NCBI GenBank assembly: GCA_963833125.1 | Contig: CAWHWX010000028.1 | Location: 64,001 to 128,000, forward strand | Source of the DNA: Candidatus Bathyarchaeota archaeon | GTDB taxonomy: Archaea > Thermoproteota > Bathyarchaeia > 40CM-2-53-6 | DNA length: 64,000 nucleotides | Reading direction: 5' to 3' | Shown here: in pieces, positions 41,052 to 50,477 of the stretch | Position numbering within the stretch: position 1 is the stretch's first letter | Layout of the letters: each line of letters begins with the position of its first letter | Program-made: the position numbers and the translations under genes | Notes under the pieces: generated by a model | Database searches by the model: none | What the model saw: only the letters and a program-made list of their open reading frames with translations | What the model was told of the DNA's origin: nothing

Positions 41052-42995
41052 CTACATCCTTTCGCTTAGCTTGATTCCGAGCAGCTCCATTGAGTTCCGA
41101 AGCACGACTTGGATTGAGGCGACTAGGGCGGCTCTCGCATTCTTAACTTGCTCGTCTGCGTGTATAACATCTACCTTTTCGTAGTATTCATGAAACTTTT
41201 CAGCGACGGCACTGGCGTACGTAGCCAACTCTTCTGGTTTCAACTGGTCTGCTGCTTCACAGAAGGCTTCCGGGAGTTGGGCTATCTTGAAAAGTAGAAT
41301 GTGTTCGAGTGGGTGAGTGAGAAGGGAACAATCGGGATTGTTTGGTGCCTTCCCTAGCTTTCTCAGAATGCTCCCTGCTCTTGTATATGCGTAGTTTATG
41401 AACGGTGCACTGTTCCGCTCTAGGCTGAGAACCCGATCCCATGTGAAAGTCAGGTTCTTCACGCTATTGACACTGAGCATTGCAAACTTAATCGCACCGT
41501 AAGCTATGTTGCGTATTATGAGCTGAGTCTCCTCAGAACCCATTTCTTGTTTTCTTTCCGCTAGGGTTTGATCAACTCTGACCTTGGCTTGATCGACCAC
41601 TTCGTCGAGAGTGATGAAATGTGCTCTTCTCTTGGACATTTTCACACCTGGCAATTCGACGAGGCCGTAAGCAAAGTGAATCATGTTGAATGCTGCCTCC
41701 TTCTCTCCGAGTGCGTAGAGGGCAAGGCGAATCTGAAGTTGGGGTAGGGTCTGCTCACTCGCAATGACGTTGATGACTCGGTCAGAGTCCTTGAATTTGA
41801 CTAGGGAGTAGGCTATGTCGCGTGTGGGGTAGAGGGTTGTTCCGTCGCTTCTTACTAGGGTTAGGTGTGGAACCTCGTAGTTGGGGGAGAGCCCAAACTG
41901 TTCCCTGAGATCATAAGCCTCCACAATCGCGTTTGGATCCAAAACCAGTGAAGCACCCTCTGGCTTGGTGAAGGGCAGTTGTGTCAGTTTGCTCAATGTC
42001 TTCTTCACCAAACCGTCCCAGAGGAGCTGGCTCTCCCAGTCCCATTTGTCGAAGTCTATGTCGATCTCGTGCAGAGACGTCTTGATTCCTTCGAGGCATC
42101 GTTCGACCATTGTTCGAATAAGGTTGGTAGTTTCTTTGTCATTTTCCTCATACTTGCGGCCCAACTCCTGAATTGCCTTCTCCGGGTCAGCCTCGACCTG
42201 AACCGCCTTCACAACCTTCCCCAACAGTTCTTTGTTTATGGATTCGAGTTCGGCTGCGATGCCGACCCATTCGTCGAGATTAGTCTGAAGCTTCGCCCTT
42301 TCGTCGGTTTGGTCTGGTCTAAGTGTTTTCAGTTTGCGTTTGGTGGTTTCGATTTGGACGGCGCAGTTTGTGCATGCGTAGAGGCGTCCGAACCAGTGGT
42401 CCGCCTTCCCTTGGGGTTCGGGTCGGTTTATGAGGTGGTAGCCGTAGGCTAGAATCGAGACCTGTCTTCCAACATCATCCACATAGAACCGTCTGATCAC
42501 AGAGTGCCCTCTAGCCTTGCATAAGCGTGCCAATGCGTCGCCGAGGATTGAGTTTCGTGCCGTCGCCATCGTTACAGGCCCAGCAGGGTTTGAGCTTGTG
42601 TGTTCAACCGAGACTCTTCGCGGTTCAGCAATTTTCACTAATCCGTAGGTTTCGTTCTCGACGGAGACAGGGTCGAGGATCAACGGTCCCGCCTTGGCAT
42701 AGTTTAGCCGGAAGTTGATGTAACCCGAAGCATCCTCCACCGCTGCGATCAAAGACCTCTCATTCAGTTTGATCGCGCCACGAATTTTGCGAGCAACATC
42801 TTGAGGTGCAAGCCCCTCCTTACGCGCGATCTCGTGCGCAACCGATGAGGCCAATTCCCCGAACTCCAGCGACCCCGGGACCGTGAGCCGCCGCTGTCCC
42901 CCAGATGCTTCCGGGTAGGTAGTCGACAACGCGGCGTCCAGAGCTTCCATACACTCCGCTCTGAACTGCTGTAAGACGATAGGCAAAGCGACCAA
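41052..42995 (-). CDS. argS: Arginine-tRNA ligase
   Basis: GYINF, EHTSSNP, YVDDVGRQ, RSDGTTLY, KMSKR, DALR domain (YAYTRA..FHEYY). Confidence 0.94.
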   Translation of the reverse strand: MVALPIVLQQFRAECMEALDAALSTTYPEASGGQRRLTVPGSLEFGELASSVAHEIARKEGLAPQDVARKIRGAIKLNERSLIAAVEDASGYINFRLNYAKAGPLILDPVSVENETYGLVKIAEPRRVSVEHTSSNPAGPVTMATARNSILGDALARLCKARGHSVIRRFYVDDVGRQVSILAYGYHLINRPEPQGKADHWFGRLYACTNCAVQIETTKRKLKTLRPDQTDERAKLQTNLDEWVGIAAELESINKELLGKVVKAVQVEADPEKAIQELGRKYEENDKETTNLIRTMVERCLEGIKTSLHEIDIDFDKWDWESQLLWDGLVKKTLSKLTQLPFTKPEGASLVLDPNAIVEAYDLREQFGLSPNYEVPHLTLVRSDGTTLYPTRDIAYSLVKFKDSDRVINVIASEQTLPQLQIRLALYALGEKEAAFNMIHFAYGLVELPGVKMSKRRAHFITLDEVVDQAKVRVDQTLAERKQEMGSEETQLIIRNIAYGAIKFAMLSVNSVKNLTFTWDRVLSLERNSAPFINYAYTRAGSILRKLGKAPNNPDCSLLTHPLEHILLFKIAQLPEAFCEAADQLKPEELATYASAVAEKFHEYYEKVDVIHADEQVKNARAALVASIQVVLRNSMELLGIKLSERM

Positions 42996-43184
42996 CTTTC
43001 CGAGTTAATCTGCTGACCCAACAGCGTACGTTTATTTGCTTAAAATTCGTTCGCTGACGAAGTCTGAGTACGCACCGGACGATTTTCTTGTCCTCGGATT
43101 ATTTGTGAAATATCCAGTTGAGATTAGGTTTGAGATGGTTCTAAATCCCCACTCTTATACAGTCTGAAACCGTCTTTCATCAGA

Positions 43185-43218
43185 GGGCGGGTAGCCTAGC
43201 CTGGATAGGGCACAGGCC
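43185..43218 (+). repeat. 34-bp exact copy of the 5' half of tRNA-Arg(CCG); att site
   Basis: GGGCGGGTAGCCTAGCCTGGATAGGGCACAGGCC, identical to 46482-46515. Confidence 0.9.
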
Positions 43219-44055
43219 AGCAGCTACATCTCGTTTTAATCCTGTAGCTCGGGCGAGGTCGGAACTGAATTCTTTCAGTCATTGCATCCTCACAGCTCTG
43301 CACGTGAAGCTGTGGTTGCTTTGGATTAAAAAATTGTAGAGGTTGTATGGGTTAGGTAAGGTTTCTAAGAAATTTTAATGGAAAGTTATAGGTTTAGTTG
43401 GGTTTCGACCATAACGAATCTGACGCAAGCAAATTAGCATACCAAGTAGGCAGAGGTGTGAGAGCAGCTAGTTGTACTGCATCGGGTGTGACAATCTCCG
43501 CACAATGATGTAATGTACTTCTGGGGTGGGTAGGTTTACACGGTTAACTCGATTTACACTTACGGGAGGCTGTTGGACATTGTACTTATAGTGCGGGACT
43601 CTTCTACTGGCGTAACTGTGTTCCCCCCGCTCAAAGTGCATCTTTGATCAGGAGTTCCGAGCACATGTCGTGGACATTAATGACTATGACTTCAGCATCT
43701 ACTCTGTTGTAATTTATCCTATAACATCGGTGGATGAGTACAGGTTCTACTTCATGCGCTAGGTCAACTTGCTGACTTTTTGGACTTTGATGACTGTCTT
43801 TTCCACAAGTTCGGTCGGTGGTATCCAGTGTTCAACTTGATTGTGGGGCAACCCGTGATATGAATATTAGTTGAGGATTACTACTAGTATTTTTTATGGT
43901 TATAGGGTTTTGGATGAATCGACGTAGAACGAGAAATCGCGAATATGGTTCTCACGGTTCTATCACTTGGAATCGGCCCAACGATTAGGTTAATCGTGTA
44001 CATCGGTGGAACGCTTAAGAGGAATGAATGAGTTCTCTTTCGAGTTTCGGTTGGC

Positions 44056-44511
44056 ATGCAGAAGAAACCCACATTAATCGGTGGCAGCAATCGCAGTCGT
44101 TATTTTAGTTGTCTCGTTGAATATTGGAAACGTCTACGCTGTAACTCTTAACTGAACCAAATCCCGTAAACGAAGGCGTGGATGTACAGATTTCGGGAAC
44201 TGGGTGGCCGAGCGGTGTTATCATCGACGTGATTGGTGGCCCAAATCTCTCTGCCTCTTCTGATGGAAGTGGAAACTTCGGTTCCGTCACGATGACCGAC
44301 TGGGAGTTTAACGGTGGGAGGATATGATATCTCGGTTACGGATACTGCTAATCCAGCGATTACTCAAGTGGTAACTCTGACGGTTGACCCCGCAGCCACA
44401 ACAACAACCACTAGTGCGCCGCTTATCCCCGAATACCCTTACGGTCTAACATTGCTTGCAATCTTATTGGTTATAGGATATGGAGTAGTTAGGCGTAGAA
44501 TTAATTACTGA
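44056..44511 (+). CDS. PEF-CTERM surface protein (about 3 frameshifts; error or pseudogene)
   Basis: Pieces join to MQKKPTLI..AIAVVILVVSLNIGNVYA..EPNPVNEGVDVQISGTGWP..TTTTTSAPLIPEYPYG-TM-RRRINY. Confidence 0.7.
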
Positions 44512-44636
44512 ATTATGATTGGGCTTTCAGCCCAACCGTTTTAGTTGTGGTCGTTTCGGGTTTTGCGTCTGATTACGCCGAATGCGATTATCATGAGGAT
44601 TGCTAGGATTGGTAGGCCGAGTGGGTATTCTGGGAT
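44398..44636. repeat. Tail-to-tail PEF-CTERM cassette, copy 1
   Basis: Inverted homolog at about 47271-47510; 44464-44509 is identical to the reverse complement of 47399-47444. Confidence 0.8.
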
Positions 44637-45448
44637 TCGGTGGAGAGGTCGTCGTTGTGAGACCCGTCGTTGTTGTGGTTACCGTTGGAGGGTTGAGTGC
44701 TAAACCCGCCTCAGCCCAGAGGACGAAGAGATCATTACTGACTACTGAGTGTTGCAGGGAAAGTAGTAGGCGAAGAGACGCCTGAAGTAGCATACTCAGC
44801 CGCAGAGATACCACCACCGGCCGAAACCAACGTAAACCCGCCCCCATTCGAATAGGTGCATACTTCGAACGAGGTCATCGACAACCGGTTGATATCATTC
44901 AAAGCAGAAACGCTCCGGTCTGGAATGCGACCGAGCTCGTAGAAAATGAAGTACCAGTATCCGTAGAATTGGTACCCGTACCGATGCCCGTTCCTGCCCC
45001 CGCAGTCGTCACTCCCGAAACCTCAAAAATGTAAATGGCAACCGCTTCGCCGCACTGGGGAGCACATGAGAGACTAAATGTCGCAGATACCATATCCGCT
45101 CCACTAGAAGCGAGGGTCGCTGTCCAGATAGCCGCCGCACTGCTACTTCCTGTCTGTCCATTAGTTTCCACAACTGCTTGAGAGTACGATGAAACCAACG
45201 AATCACTAACAGATAAACCAAACTCACCGGCAGCATAATCGCAAGCCTACGGCTACCACATCTCCGCTTACAACGTTGCTTGAGAAAGAAACCGAGATGG
45301 TGAAAGGATTAGTGGCGAAGGCGCCTTCATTATTGTTCTGTTGGACTAGGGTTGACGTGGCGTGAACAGGCAACGGCTCCAAAACCAACAGAAACATGAA
45401 GATAACTACTAGTAGCCCAAGCCCAGCCGTCACACGTTTCAAGAGCAC
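44541..45448 (-). CDS. PEF-CTERM surface protein (several frameshifts)
   Basis: Signal peptide (45448), Ser/Thr-rich beta domain, Thr linker; restored tail IPEYPLGLPILAILMIIAFGVIRRKTRNDHN. Confidence 0.7.
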
Positions 45449-45574
45449 AAACCCTACTGCAGAGCTTGATTCCTGAACCTAATATGACTTATTTCCGTTC
45501 ATCAACAGCTACGAGTAGGAACATCAACGTTCCGTTAATGAACTCCGAACCCTGCCTCAATCAACTCGGTTGTT

Positions 45575-46515
45575 CTATTTCCTCTTCCGGAGGTACCATT
45601 CCTCGCCGTCTTGCCCCATCAACTCGAACCCCTCTTCGAGGAGCTTAACCCTGGTAGCTTTGTCAGGTGCTATCTTCACAATGAAATCGTCGTCCTCTCG
45701 GAGTATCAGGGAAACGTACCGCATCGTGTTGTTGATTGACTTGTGGCCGAGAACCTGTTTAACGTGAATGATGTCTCGGGTTCGATAGTATTCCATGCTT
45801 CCCTTGTAATGTCTCAAGGTGCGGAAGCTGATTAAATTGATTCTCGGATTCCCTAACCTTTTGGTTACTATTCTTCTGCCTCGTTGAAAGTTGCGGGTGA
45901 AGTAGGTTAGATCCCTAATCGAGTCCACGTCGTCTCGGTGAAAGACGAATTTCCTGTCCTTATGGGCGAGGCCCCCTAGTTTCTGGATTAGAGCCTGGCT
46001 AACCTTAACTTGCCTACCGAGGCTACCTTTCTCAGGCGTCAGTGTTACTACTCTCTGCTCGAAATCTACCTGATGCCATTGCAGTTGCCAGGCTTCGCCA
46101 CTTCGGGCGCCACAATCCTTGAGCAAGTGAACGAATGTCCCAATCGTCGGGTTGCCTAGCCCGTTGATTAAAGCGTCTACTTCATCAGTGTGAGGAATCC
46201 AAGGTAAACTTTCAACCTGTTGATAGTAAGGCCGGTTCCACTGTGTTCCGTTGAACCGATAAAACCGGTCTAAAACCTCGCAGATATGCTGCTTACCGCC
46301 AACATTCCAACTAGCATTACCAATGAATCGCTTGATTGATTCGGGTTCTAGGATTGAAACGTGTTTATCGAGGCGTCTTAGTCTCTTCACGTCGTTATAG
46401 ACGGTATGAATTAAGTACCCTTCCTTCGTAGCCATAACCCGTAGTTAATTATCTCAGATTCATGTCTGGATAGCATTCGTTGGGCGGGTAGCCTAGCCTG
46501 GATAGGGCACAGGCC
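45575..46515 (-). CDS. Tyrosine recombinase/integrase, C-terminal part, reading out of the att/tRNA (1-nt frameshift near 46427)
   Basis: CGARSGE (R), PEKG (K), FRTLRHY, LGHKSINNTMRY (H, Y). The upstream frame LCPIQARLPAQ..INYGLWLR runs through the tRNA antisense. Confidence 0.88.
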
Positions 46516-46559
46516 TCCGGAGCCTGAGGTCGGGGGTTCGAATCCCTCCCCGCCCGCCA
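46482..46559 (+). tRNA. tRNA-Arg(CCG), intron-less, CCA encoded
   Basis: Acceptor GGGCGGG/CCCGCCC, anticodon arm CAGGC-CTCCGGA-GCCTG, T-loop TTCGAAT, G73, CCA. Confidence 0.96.
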
Positions 46560-46852
46560 CACGTTCAACCATAACAAAAATCCCCGGCTGAACCTGCAAT
46601 AATGTTAAGCCACTTCGAACGTCACCACCCACCGTGCCGGAAGCTAACAAGGCCGCAGGATTGTGAGATACCTCAAGGATACTATCCGATAGCATGGTAG
46701 CCAATCGGCCTGAAGATCTTTTCCATTGAAACATTCTAGTAAGCGATAACTCCGCAATGCTCACGTTTACTGTTCCGAGTTGTAATCTGATATCGAGAGT
46801 CGAACGAGGTCTTATTACCTGCCAAAACATGACCTACTGTCGGGTTCTTTTC

Positions 46853-47365
46853 ATGAGATTTGGAACGGCTTGGGTAAAGTATGCCTTGCTTGTGGCAACC
46901 GTCTTAGCCTTAGCAACACCCATAATCGTTAACGCTAGCCCATGCCCTCCAATTACCATCATAACTGTCCCTGGAACAACAGAGACTTTCACTGGAACAA
47001 TAACAGAGACTTTCACTGTAACAACAACGACAACAGCTACTATCCCTGGAACAACAATTACCGTCAATTACTCAACACTTGCTGTGACTTCGGGAACCAC
47101 AGTGACAACTACGACCACGCAGGTCCCTGGGTTGAGCGCCGTCTCCATAATCAGTTCTACTGAAGTAACGTCGAGCACTACAACGTGCTCAACGGATACC
47201 AATAGTGTCCCTGCAACTTTCGTCGTCTTTGGGCTTACGACAGTGATTATTCTTGGAGTGCCGTTGGCTATTCCTGAATACCCCTTCGGCCTAGCGGTAC
47301 TAGCAATTTTCGTGATAATTGCATACGGCGTGATAAGACGCAAGACTCGATACGACTACTCCTAA
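46853..47365 (+). CDS. Thr-rich PEF-CTERM surface protein
   Basis: Signal peptide, TETFT repeats, IPEYPFG-TM-RRKTR. Confidence 0.82.
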   Translation: MRFGTAWVKYALLVATVLALATPIIVNASPCPPITIITVPGTTETFTGTITETFTVTTTTTATIPGTTITVNYSTLAVTSGTTVTTTTTQVPGLSAVSIISSTEVTSSTTTCSTDTNSVPATFVVFGLTTVIILGVPLAIPEYPFGLAVLAIFVIIAYGVIRRKTRYDYS

Positions 47366-47510
47366 CTCCGTTTGGGCCGAATGGCCCAATTATAATTTAG
47401 TAATTAATTCTACGCCTAACTACTCCATATCCTATAACCAATAAGGTTGCTAGCAACGGTAGGCCGTAGGGGTATTCGGGTATAGGTGGCGCACTGGTTG
47501 TTGTGGTTGT
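47271..47510. repeat. Tail-to-tail PEF-CTERM cassette, copy 2 (inverted)
   Basis: Same two anchor tails and TTGGGC..GCCCAA intergenic hairpin as 44398-44636. Confidence 0.8.
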
Positions 47511-47870
47511 AGGTAATTGAGTGAAAGTGGCTCCGATAATAATCGTAAACCCACCGAGAGCTGGCATCACAAGATTACACGGATTGCTCGTGGGACCTCC
47601 GATACAGGGAACGACGACGTCCCCCGCCATTGACCACGATGAAAACTGCCAACCAACGCTAGGTATGGCAGTCACCGTAATTATATCCCCACCCGCCTCC
47701 ATGCAACCGCTAGGGCTTGGGCAGTTCGGCGATACAGAACCCGATCCCGCATCGACACGTGTAATCAGAGTATCCGTAGGGGCTTGGGCGCGTGCTGGCT
47801 TTAAGCCAACCAAGATCAGGGTTAAAACCAGAAGAAACAAAACAAAAACATGACTGCTCCGCAAAACCAA
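47397..47870 (-). CDS. PEF-CTERM surface protein with InlB B-repeat-like domain
   Basis: GSGSVSP..ITVTAIPSVGWQFSSW..NPC..IGATF, then TTTTTSAPPIPEYPYG-TM-RRRINY. Confidence 0.82.
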   Translation of the reverse strand: MVLRSSHVFVLFLLVLTLILVGLKPARAQAPTDTLITRVDAGSGSVSPNCPSPSGCMEAGGDIITVTAIPSVGWQFSSWSMAGDVVVPCIGGPTSNPCNLVMPALGGFTIIIGATFTQLPTTTTTSAPPIPEYPYGLPLLATLLVIGYGVVRRRINY

Positions 47871-47901
47871 CTAAACCGGACATAACCCCTTTCAAAGGCA
47901 C

Positions 47902-48432
47902 TTAAGCGTTTGCAGAATTCCCGTCCATGCGAGCGAGATTGAAATTGCAAACAGATCCTGTGTACGACAACGATTGAAGATTTAGAGGTTGATAGATTGA
48001 CGTCGAATATACGATGTAGAACACGTCAGACAACGGGTCTAAACCATAGACGCTTTGGACGTTGCTGATTGTCACTTCGAATGAGTTAGTGTGATTGTCT
48101 GGGATAACATAGAATGCCCATGCGGACGAATCCTTTGGATGTATTAGCAGGCGTGCTGTGGCGGAGGTACCGAATGTCCCCTGTTGACTGCTCGCGAGTG
48201 TTGCATTAATTGCTGACAATGTTATGTCTGTTACGAGCGTTGTACTCCCCACGTTGTCAACTGACACTTGGACCATCAACGGTGGCGTCGGTCCAACGAC
48301 ACCACAATAATCGTAGTTAGCCTGGGTCAGCAATTCATACCTGAGTTGTGGTCTTACCGTCCAACCCCACCCATAGCCGCCTAAAATGGCAATCAGCACG
48401 CCGACAACGATGACTTTCTGGCTATTATTCAT
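47902..48432 (-). CDS. Membrane-anchored extracellular protein, unknown function
   Basis: N-terminal TM helix and an Ig-like beta-rich region (VSVDNVG). Confidence 0.65.
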   Translation of the reverse strand: MNNSQKVIVVGVLIAILGGYGWGWTVRPQLRYELLTQANYDYCGVVGPTPPLMVQVSVDNVGSTTLVTDITLSAINATLASSQQGTFGTSATARLLIHPKDSSAWAFYVIPDNHTNSFEVTISNVQSVYGLDPLSDVFYIVYSTSIYQPLNLQSLSYTGSVCNFNLARMDGNSANA

Positions 48433-49373
48433 GAATTAACGTTCTCACCGGGTTCAGACCGTTGCTTTACCCATGACGCGTGTTTTTTTGCGTTAAGGTC
48501 CAGGAAAAGCAGTGTCTCTTGAGGGGCGTGAACGATTGGATTAGGTGAGTCAATGACCAGCGAATTGTCAGTTATTTCGGAGATGGTTATGGGAGTTGTT
48601 TGCATGCCAATAGTTGCGTGAAAGCTGCCTTCTCTGACTCCTTCAGCGTAGAAGGCGCTTTTCTGGAACTTGACTTTCAGTTTCGGATCGACTTTTACGT
48701 CACGAGAGGTTGTGAGGACTGAACCTCTTCCCAATTCATCTATCGTTGCACCTTTTATCGCTAGGCCAACTCTTGTCCCTGCCTCAGCTGTTTCCCAGTC
48801 CTCATCCTGAATCTGTATAGACCGAACGATCACCTCTTTGTTGGCCGGGAGGAGATTGAGTTTGTCATACTTTCTAACGGTCCCCTGCTTTACGAAGCCA
48901 AGTACAACCTCCCCGACGCCTTTGACGCTGAATGAATGATCCACGACGACTACTGGCGGCGCAACATTATCCCGTTTGGGAGTAAATGCTTTCAGGAGGT
49001 CGAGGAGTCGGCCTGGGTTGTTCTGCTCTACCTTGAACGCATTCATTGCCGTGCTTTTTGTTATGGCAGTTATTTGGTCAGGTGTTGCGTAGGTGGTGGT
49101 GATGGAGATTCCTTCCTTGACTCCCATTAGGTCGAGCATTAGAATCGTTTCACCTAATTCTCGTGTCATTTGGGAGAAAACGACTACGGCGATGTCGATC
49201 GTTGAGATGATTTGGCTCTTTGCTGAAAGTTTGTCGGCTACGGGCGACATCAAGGTGAAGATGTAATCATCCATCTTCCTGTTGGACATGACAATATCAC
49301 TCTCGGTCGCCTTCTTTCCTAATTCGCGGTTTAGAGCTTCATCGTGAAATACTCCGACAGTGAGATGATGCAT
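48429..49373 (-). CDS. Archaeal SelB-like translation factor homolog with degenerate G domain
   Basis: VDHSFSVKGVGEVVLG and VRSIQIQD..AGTRVGLAIKG (EF-Tu domain II); no P-loop. True stop probably near 48454 after a homopolymer slip. Confidence 0.85.
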   Translation of the reverse strand: MHHLTVGVFHDEALNRELGKKATESDIVMSNRKMDDYIFTLMSPVADKLSAKSQIISTIDIAVVVFSQMTRELGETILMLDLMGVKEGISITTTYATPDQITAITKSTAMNAFKVEQNNPGRLLDLLKAFTPKRDNVAPPVVVVDHSFSVKGVGEVVLGFVKQGTVRKYDKLNLLPANKEVIVRSIQIQDEDWETAEAGTRVGLAIKGATIDELGRGSVLTTSRDVKVDPKLKVKFQKSAFYAEGVREGSFHATIGMQTTPITISEITDNSLVIDSPNPIVHAPQETLLFLDLNAKKHASWVKQRSEPGENVNS

Positions 49374-49483
49374 ACCGTCAGCAACTCGTTTCTACCATAT
49401 CAACTTCAGGCCAGTGATAGGACCGCTACTGATGCGACAAATGGAATCCTAATACCTGTGACGGGAATAGTCGCCTGAAGATC

Positions 49484-50410
49484 GTGAAGAGTTTGGATCC
49501 AGTCTTAATCGGGGAAAGCGCGGCTGTAGCTACCTCGTTCCTCTGGACAGTGAGCTCGATCTTCTTCACATCAGCTGGCAAGAGAATGGGTTGGCTCACC
49601 GTCAACGCGTATCGAACAGTAATGGCGATCGCCTTCCTCGCGGTCACACACGTGATCCTTCTAGGAACCTTGGTGCCACCTGCCAATACAGCGCAGTGGT
49701 TTTGGATGGGATTGAGCGGAATCGTTGGGTTGAGTATAGGGGATTCAGGGCTATTTGCCGCCTACCTCGCTATTGGTCCCAGGCGATCGCTTCTGCTGAT
49801 GGCTTTGGCCCCGATATTTGCCGCGGTCGGGGCCTATCTAATGCTCGGAGAAACCATTCGCTCATTGGCGATCGTTGGCATGGTAATCACTTTGTTTGGC
49901 GTTGTCATAGTGATACTTGAGTCTGAGGAACACTCGGGTGAGGCCAGGATATCGAGCAAGCGAAGGGTTTCGGGTGTATTGTTTGGGTTGGTTGCAGCCA
50001 TAGGGCAAGGAATTGGATTGGTACTGGCGAAGAAAGGAATTGACCTGACCAGTAGCGTCCCTTTGAACCCCTTGTCCGCGACACTAATGCGCCTCCTCTT
50101 CGGGGGGTTGTTTATTTGGATCATAGCTCTAGCCGCGGGAAGAATGCCTCAACTCCTCAAGTCGATGAGAGATCGGGATGGCATGTTGAATACAGCTGCC
50201 GCCTCTTTTGTCGGTCCGTACCTCGGCATTACATTCTCAATGGTTGCAGTAACATTTACCGAGACCGGGGTAGCGCAGACACTTCTCTCTCTAATGCCTG
50301 TAATGATAATCCCGGTGGTGTGGATCTTGTATCGTCAGCGGACAAGTTTGCGAGGAATAGCGGGCGCGGCCGTGGCAGTGTTAGGTGTCGCAATCATATT
50401 CCTAAGTTGA
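49484..50410 (+). CDS. DMT/EamA family transporter
   Basis: About ten TM helices, duplicated EamA pattern (LGET; IGDS..GPRR). Confidence 0.9.
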   Translation: MKSLDPVLIGESAAVATSFLWTVSSIFFTSAGKRMGWLTVNAYRTVMAIAFLAVTHVILLGTLVPPANTAQWFWMGLSGIVGLSIGDSGLFAAYLAIGPRRSLLLMALAPIFAAVGAYLMLGETIRSLAIVGMVITLFGVVIVILESEEHSGEARISSKRRVSGVLFGLVAAIGQGIGLVLAKKGIDLTSSVPLNPLSATLMRLLFGGLFIWIIALAAGRMPQLLKSMRDRDGMLNTAAASFVGPYLGITFSMVAVTFTETGVAQTLLSLMPVMIIPVVWILYRQRTSLRGIAGAAVAVLGVAIIFLS

Positions 50411-50477
50411 AGAAGCTAGTTTTCGTGTAAAAAAGAACCCTTAACTATCCTTTTGCTGGGTTGCGGCTCGGTATGTT

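Larger units (their letters stand above)
43185..46515. mobile_element. Small (about 3.3 kb) tRNA-integrated element with tyrosine integrase and two surface-protein genes
   Basis: Bounded by 34-bp direct repeats of the tRNA 5' half; integrase adjacent to and overlapping the right repeat. Confidence 0.75.

Noticed and set aside
43185-43280. Left tRNA half as a split or intron-containing tRNA gene (AGCTACA/TGTAGCT hairpin and CAGG/CCTG pairing follow it)
   Set aside because: There is no valid BHB outer stem and no 3' half or acceptor strand downstream. An intact copy plus an integrase explain it as an att repeat.
43330-43900. Possible decayed gene inside the integrated element
   Set aside because: Only short stop-interrupted frames with no recognisable motif; cannot be supported.
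46411-46830. 139-aa minus-strand ORF as an independent gene
   Set aside because: Its core is the antisense translation of the tRNA (AGGEGFEPPTSG). Only the last part belongs to the integrase.
46970-47120. ACA/ACT-rich repeats as a CRISPR or tandem DNA repeat
   Set aside because: They are codons of Thr-rich protein linkers, with no repeat-spacer periodicity. No CRISPR array was seen in the window.
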